A DNA stretch of 64,000 bases. It comes from Candidatus Nanosynbacter sp. GTDB lineage: Bacteria > Patescibacteriota > Saccharimonadia > Saccharimonadales > Saccharimonadaceae. The notes below the pieces were generated by a model, which was not told the origin of the DNA, ran no database searches, and worked only from the letters and a program-made list of their open reading frames with translations. This document shows positions 63,121-64,000 of the stretch, piece after piece. A program made the position numbers and the translations under genes. Each line of letters starts with the position of its first letter. Positions within the stretch are counted from its first letter, which is position 1. The stretch covers positions 52,085 through 116,084 of the forward strand of contig JABZKB010000002.1 in assembly GCA_015257505.1 (NCBI GenBank). Direction: 5' to 3'.

Positions 63121-64000
63121 TTATTTAGTAAATTTTAGAATATCAAGGATAGTAATAAATAGGCTAAGCGCGAGCAGCGCGAGAAAGGCACGACCAACGA
63201 TTTTTTCTTCAGTTTCCTTTTTCAACTTTTTCTTCCTTAGTTTATAGACACCGATAAGAAGCCAGCGACCACCATCAAGGGCCGGAATTGGCAAAACGTT
63301 CATACAAGCAAGTGAAATGGAAATGACGGCGGCGAGGAAGGCTAGGTTGGTTGGGCCAGCACTGGTGAAGGCTGGAAAGAGGTTGCCAATGATGCCGACA
63401 GGGCCGGAAACTGATTCACTGACTTTATTAATTTGTTGTTTACCTTCTTCCTTAAGATGATTGTCGCTACTAAACTGACGAGTAACACCCTGAAAAATAT
63501 TTGCAACGAGTTGACCGATGCCAGAGAAGGTCTCTTTGGTGAGCTGAGCGGTTGTTCCAAGCCCGACTAGTGGTGCTGACCAGGTATAGTGAATAAGAAA
63601 TTGACTATCACTACCTTTCATGGAGACGCCAAGTGATGGTTGGGTACTGCCTTCTGGATTAAGCGTTGCTGTGGCAAGGTATTTTTCGCTCGTCGGTGTG
63701 ATCAGCTCATAAGTGGCGGATTTGCCACGGTGAGTATTATTAAACTCTATGACAGTATTTGGGGAGAGTACGTCGATGGCATTGCTGAGGTCTTTATTTT
63801 CGGAGATCCGAAGGATTTGAGACTGGGATTTAATGCCAGCTTTTTCTGCTGGAGAGTCTTTAATGACTTCTTGAATAATAACCGGCTGGATTTTCATTTT
63901 GGCATCGTCTTTGATAGTAAACTGATTTGGGAGGAATTGTGGCATGCCGGTCCAGGCTAAAATAGTGAAGATGAAGATGGCGGTGAGCCAGTTCATAATA
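63121..64000 (-). CDS. RseP-like site-2 protease (M50), C-terminal part; the 5' end, including the HExxH helix, lies beyond the window end
   Basis: PDZ domain plus the C-terminal TM with the M50 LDGG motif (NVLPIPALDGGRWLL). No HExxH within the visible 291 aa, and the frame is open to position 64000. Confidence 0.65.
   Translation of the reverse strand, partial: IMNWLTAIFIFTILAWTGMPQFLPNQFTIKDDAKMKIQPVIIQEVIKDSPAEKAGIKSQSQILRISENKDLSNAIDVLSPNTVIEFNNTHRGKSATYELITPTSEKYLATATLNPEGSTQPSLGVSMKGSDSQFLIHYTWSAPLVGLGTTAQLTKETFSGIGQLVANIFQGVTRQFSSDNHLKEEGKQQINKVSESVSGPVGIIGNLFPAFTSAGPTNLAFLAAVISISLACMNVLPIPALDGGRWLLIGVYKLRKKKLKKETEEKIVGRAFLALLALSLFITILDILKFTK

Overview
This 64-kb window is gene-dense, low-GC chromosomal DNA. 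It resembles a reduced-genome, Gram-positive-like bacterium; gene content and synteny suggest a Saccharibacteria/CPR-type organism, but that is inference only. Start and stop codons behave as in the standard bacterial code, and RF2 is present.

Recognisable housekeeping genes:
- Translation: gltX (truncated at the window start), serS, lysS, proS, frr, prfB, hpf, smpB, greA, tRNA-Leu(CAA), tRNA-Gln(TTG).
- Secretion and division: secA, ftsE, ftsX, a PcsB-like coiled-coil CHAP hydrolase, an S41 C-terminal protease, murD.
- Anaerobic and fermentative metabolism: nrdD, nrdG, ldh, ackA.
- Repair: xth, and a UvrD helicase fused to a RecB-type nuclease.
- Envelope, stress and ion transport: a DnaJ-class chaperone, comEC, a P-type ATPase, a frameshifted CDF transporter, two GT4 glycosyltransferases, a sortase, a cutinase-like serine esterase with an unusually long C-terminal extension, an M16 peptidase, a CPBP protease, and an RseP-like protease truncated at the window end.

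Regulatory DNA visible directly in the sequence:
- A perfect CIRCE/HrcA operator upstream of dnaJ.
- Two NrdR boxes 32 bp apart upstream of nrdDG.
- Several clean rho-independent terminators.
- A 26-bp perfect palindrome.

Most worth a second look:
- The locus immediately downstream of the helicase-nuclease (19.2-20.0 kb). A strong promoter abuts the helicase stop codon. It is followed by a structured leader and three consecutive copies of a Shine-Dalgarno+ATG initiation module, created by a 72-bp tandem duplication. The first two copies encode 3- and 8-codon uORFs. The third initiates a 60-aa acidic protein that ends at a strong terminator. A separate 84-aa protein with a good RBS lies downstream.
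- A compositionally atypical gene (29.3-30.0 kb) with higher GC and C-ending codons. It is transcribed divergently from the CIRCE/dnaJ promoter region. Its product shows three collinear motifs reminiscent of T7-gp10/HK97-fold major capsid proteins. It is embedded in a 26.6-32 kb cluster of small secreted or membrane proteins of unknown function.

No CRISPR array, rRNA, transposase or integrase was seen.
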